DNA of 10,117 nucleotides from a virus (Duplodnaviria; Heunggongvirae; Uroviricota; Caudoviricetes): IMG/VR virus record IMGVR_UViG_2526164647_000013; one strand, 5' to 3'. Shown piece by piece: positions 7,940 to 10,117 of this stretch (position 1 is its first letter; each line of letters starts with the position of its first letter). The notes under the pieces were generated by a model. It saw only the letters and a program-made list of their open reading frames with translations, ran no database searches and was not told where the DNA came from. The position numbers and the translations under genes were made by a program.

Positions 7940-7962
7940 AGTTTTTCTCGCGATAAATTAAA

Positions 7963-8507
7963 TCAGGAAGAAATTTCCGGAGAAGCGGGCCATTCAATGG
8001 CGTTGTATGAGGTTTTATCAGTGATGACACTGAAATCCATCGCCTGCAGCGATTTCGCGTAAATGCGGTACGCTTTCAGTTTTTCCCGGTCTTCGTCGCT
8101 GATTAGCCCCAGCAACAGGTCTTCTTCCCATTCCCCTGTCCGGGCACTGACCTGAGCCAGAAGGGCATCACGCTCATCTTCCGCTTTGAGTCTGTAGTCA
8201 AAGACAAATTCATCATTGCGGTAAAACCAGTAACCCGGCGCGGTAATGCGGCGGTTGGCGGTAATATCAGGAACTTCAATAACACTGGCGTTACGGGGTT
8301 CAATGCCTGTCACATCCTTACCGACCCACACCACGCGACCGTCTCCGGTGTAAGTTATTTTAATTGTGTCCTGGCGAAATTCTTCAGCTCTTCATACCAG
8401 TTTTTTCCGTCTTCTGAAAAAAGCCAGGTGACCGAATATCGTTTTGTCATCTGATATTGTTCTGCTGTTTTCGGATTACCCGTAGTAATATTTTTTAAAT
8501 GCAACAT
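7963..8507 (-). pseudogene. tfa: Tail fibre assembly protein (Tfa, P2 gpG / lambda Tfa family), frameshifted
   Basis: From the ATG at 8507: [44 protein letters not shown], then a stop; the other frame continues [43 protein letters not shown]... to the stop at 7963. Both halves align with P2 gpG as I recall it ([24 protein letters not shown]...[22 protein letters not shown]...VVEVPDITSNRR). The junction AATTTCGCCAG is consistent with a 1-nt deletion (TTCCGC to TTCGC) near 8376. Confidence 0.75.
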
Positions 8508-8530
8508 TGTTAAATACTCGCTACGTTATA

Positions 8531-8883
8531 CTAGGTGCCATTAATCAGTTTTTGCAGTGGTCGGTAATACACACCGTCAACGTTATCCGCTGAGTTACGG
8601 CCGGTATCCGATATCGCCATCCCTGACAGCCCGTGTCCCGAAGGTGCGCAAAATCTCCACGAAACGGTGTTACTGCCGGGGCTGTAATACATTTCATGGC
8701 CATACCGTACATCCTGTACCCCCTCTGTTCGATATTTATAGCGGGCATCGAAGTTTCCGTAATTTAACGGAATTACCTGTCCGTTAACAGTGAACACTAT
8801 GCTGTTATCCGGGTTTCTCTGGCTGAAAAAATGCCAGCCTGAATCATCGCCAAGCTCTGCAACAACAGGCCTGGATGGATTAC
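8531..8883 (-). pseudogene. C-terminal fragment of a phage tail fibre gene, 5' end removed by the IS600-like element
   Basis: About 117 codons of open frame ending at a stop at 8531, 23 nt upstream of the tfa start (the fibre-then-tfa order of P2 H-G and lambda stf-tfa). The first five codons of the six-frame ORF (to 8899) lie inside the IS end. Sequence itself is not diagnostic; the call rests on synteny. Confidence 0.55.
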
Positions 8884-9804
8884 TGAGGTGTACTGGCAAT
8901 AGCGGACACTACCATTTGTTCTTTTTTTAAGCAGCCATCTGATGATATTTTTCCCTGAAGGCTGCCGGGGAGATATTCCCCAGACGAGAGTGACGACGCT
9001 GACGATTGTAGAAAATCTCAATGTATTCCCGTATTACTGAGATGGCTTCATCCCGGTTATTAAAACGATAGTGGCTCAGGCTCTCATTTTTCAGCGTTCC
9101 CCAGAAGCTTTCCATCGGAGCGTTGTCGTAACAGTTACCTTTACGCGACATTGATGTTTTCAGACCAGACTGCTCCTGTATGACCCGGTAATCGTATGCG
9201 CAGTACTGTGAACCTCGATCAGAGTGGTGGATTAGCCCGGCAGGTGGGCGCTGGCTCCTGAGCGCCATAAACAGGGCTTTACCTGTCAGCTCTTTTGTCA
9301 TGCGCTCTCCCATGGCGTAGCCGACAATTTCACACGTATAAACATCTTTGATGCCAGCAACATACGTCAGGTCCGCCACCCAGACCTGATTTGGTGCTGT
9401 AGGAGCGAACGTCTGGTTCAGCAGATTTGGCGCAACTGGCAGATTGTGGTTCGGGTTCGTAGTCGCTCTGAACTTGCGTTTCTGCTTACAGCGTAGCCTC
9501 AGCTCCTTACGAAGACGTGCCAGTCGGTCACGACCAACGATGATGCCATTCTCTGCCAGCTCCGTCTGGAGCCGCCGGGTTCCATATGTTTCGCGAGTGC
9601 GGATATGTGCCACCTTAATCTCCAGTTTTAGCCGCTCATCACTTTGTTTCTGTCTGAGGGTTCATGCTGTACCCAGTTGTAATAACCGCTCCTGGATACA
9701 CCAAATACCTGACACATCGCTTCAATGGGAAATTGTTGTCGCCATTGTTCGATTAACGCGTATTTTTCAGCGACTCCTGTGCAAAATACGCTGTTGCTTT
9801 TTTT
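8884..9804 (-). mobile_element. IS3-family element remnant (IS600-like): right end plus most of orfB; orfA and left end absent, boundary with IS1 at 9804/9805
   Basis: Candidate terminal sequence TGAGGTGTACTGGCAATAGCGGACACT starting at 8884 on the + strand (TGA end); orfB at 8927 and above; the orfA-frame C-terminus KKATAYFAQESLKNTR is readable at 9751-9804 on the minus strand, with the A7G slippery run abutting the IS1 end. Confidence 0.7.
8927..9804 (-). pseudogene. IS3-family (IS600-like) transposase OrfB, frameshifted in its N-terminal region
   Basis: Six-frame ORF 8927..9613 encodes the DDE core (...VWVADLTYV...HHSDRGSQY...SMSRKGNCYDNAPMESFWGTLKNE...). The upstream part (YALIEQWRQQFPIEAMCQVFGVSRSGYYNWVQHEPSDR) is in another frame and stops after ...NKVMSG; the frames are offset as expected for a 1-nt deletion in a short A run near 9645-9650. 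Confidence 0.8.
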
Positions 9805-10117
9805 GGTAATGACTCCAACTTACTGATAGTGTTTTATGTTCAGATAATGCCCGATGACCTTGTCATGAAGCTCCACCGATTTTGAGAACGACAGTGACTT
9901 CCGTACCAGCCTTGCCAGATGTTGTCTCAGATTCAGATTATGTCGCTCAATGCGCTGAGTGTAACGCTTGCTGATAACGTGCAGCTTTCCCTTCAGGCGT
10001 GATTCATACAGCGGACAGCCATCCGTCATCCATACCACGACCTCAAAGGCCGACAGCAGGCTCAGAAGACGCTCCAGTGTGGCCAGAGTGCGTTCACCGA
10101 AGACATGCGCCACAACC
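9805..10117 (-). mobile_element. IS1, second copy, partial (runs off the window), same orientation as the first
   Basis: Begins with the same inverted repeat GGTAATGACTCCAACTTACTGATAGTG at 9805; differs from the first copy at 4 positions within the 313 bp that can be compared. Confidence 0.95.
9820..10117 (-). CDS. insB: IS1 InsB, C-terminal part (5' portion beyond window end)
   Basis: Translation ...[94 protein letters not shown]; differs from the first copy at W/C and I/V. Confidence 0.9.
   Translation of the reverse strand, partial: VVAHVFGERTLATLERLLSLLSAFEVVVWMTDGCPLYESRLKGKLHVISKRYTQRIERHNLNLRQHLARLVRKSLSFSKSVELHDKVIGHYLNIKHYQ

Noticed and set aside
7146-7961. 271-aa + strand ORF antisense to the tail-fibre and tfa genes
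   Set aside because: Entirely antisense to better-supported minus-strand phage genes; Cys/Ser/Arg-rich composition and no recognisable domain.
6176-8899. Invertible tail-fibre host-range switch (Gin/Cin/Pin-type)
   Set aside because: All fibre and chaperone genes are on the same strand, there is no invertase gene and no flanking inverted crossover sites that I can see.
9444-9809. 121-aa + strand ORF
   Set aside because: Antisense to the IS600-like orfB, whose DDE-transposase translation is unambiguous.

Overview
Enterobacterial (Shigella / E. coli-like) accessory region, heavily reshaped by insertion sequences. Left to right: the 3' end of an IS629-like IS3-family element (1..300); a phage-type tyrosine integrase gene split by a complete IS1 (647..1414) and missing its middle; an intergenic region with phased T6-GCCCC direct repeats and Fur-like and MntR-like operators; an apparently intact sitABCD Mn/Fe ABC importer operon (2550..5975, + strand); a convergent, decaying phage tail-fibre module on the minus strand (tail-fibre fragment, tfa, stf-like fibre, second chaperone-like gene) with two single-base frameshifts; an IS600-like IS3-family remnant (8884..9804); and a second, partial IS1 (9805..window end) in the same orientation as the first. 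I see no CRISPR array, rRNA or tRNA, and no convincing evidence of an undescribed defence or other novel system. The most interesting aspects are the IS1-bracketed, phage-embedded context of sitABCD, the regulatory and repeat architecture upstream of sitA, and the run of single-base deletions in phage and IS genes. All family assignments rest on reading the translations and on recalled family motifs; no database search was run.
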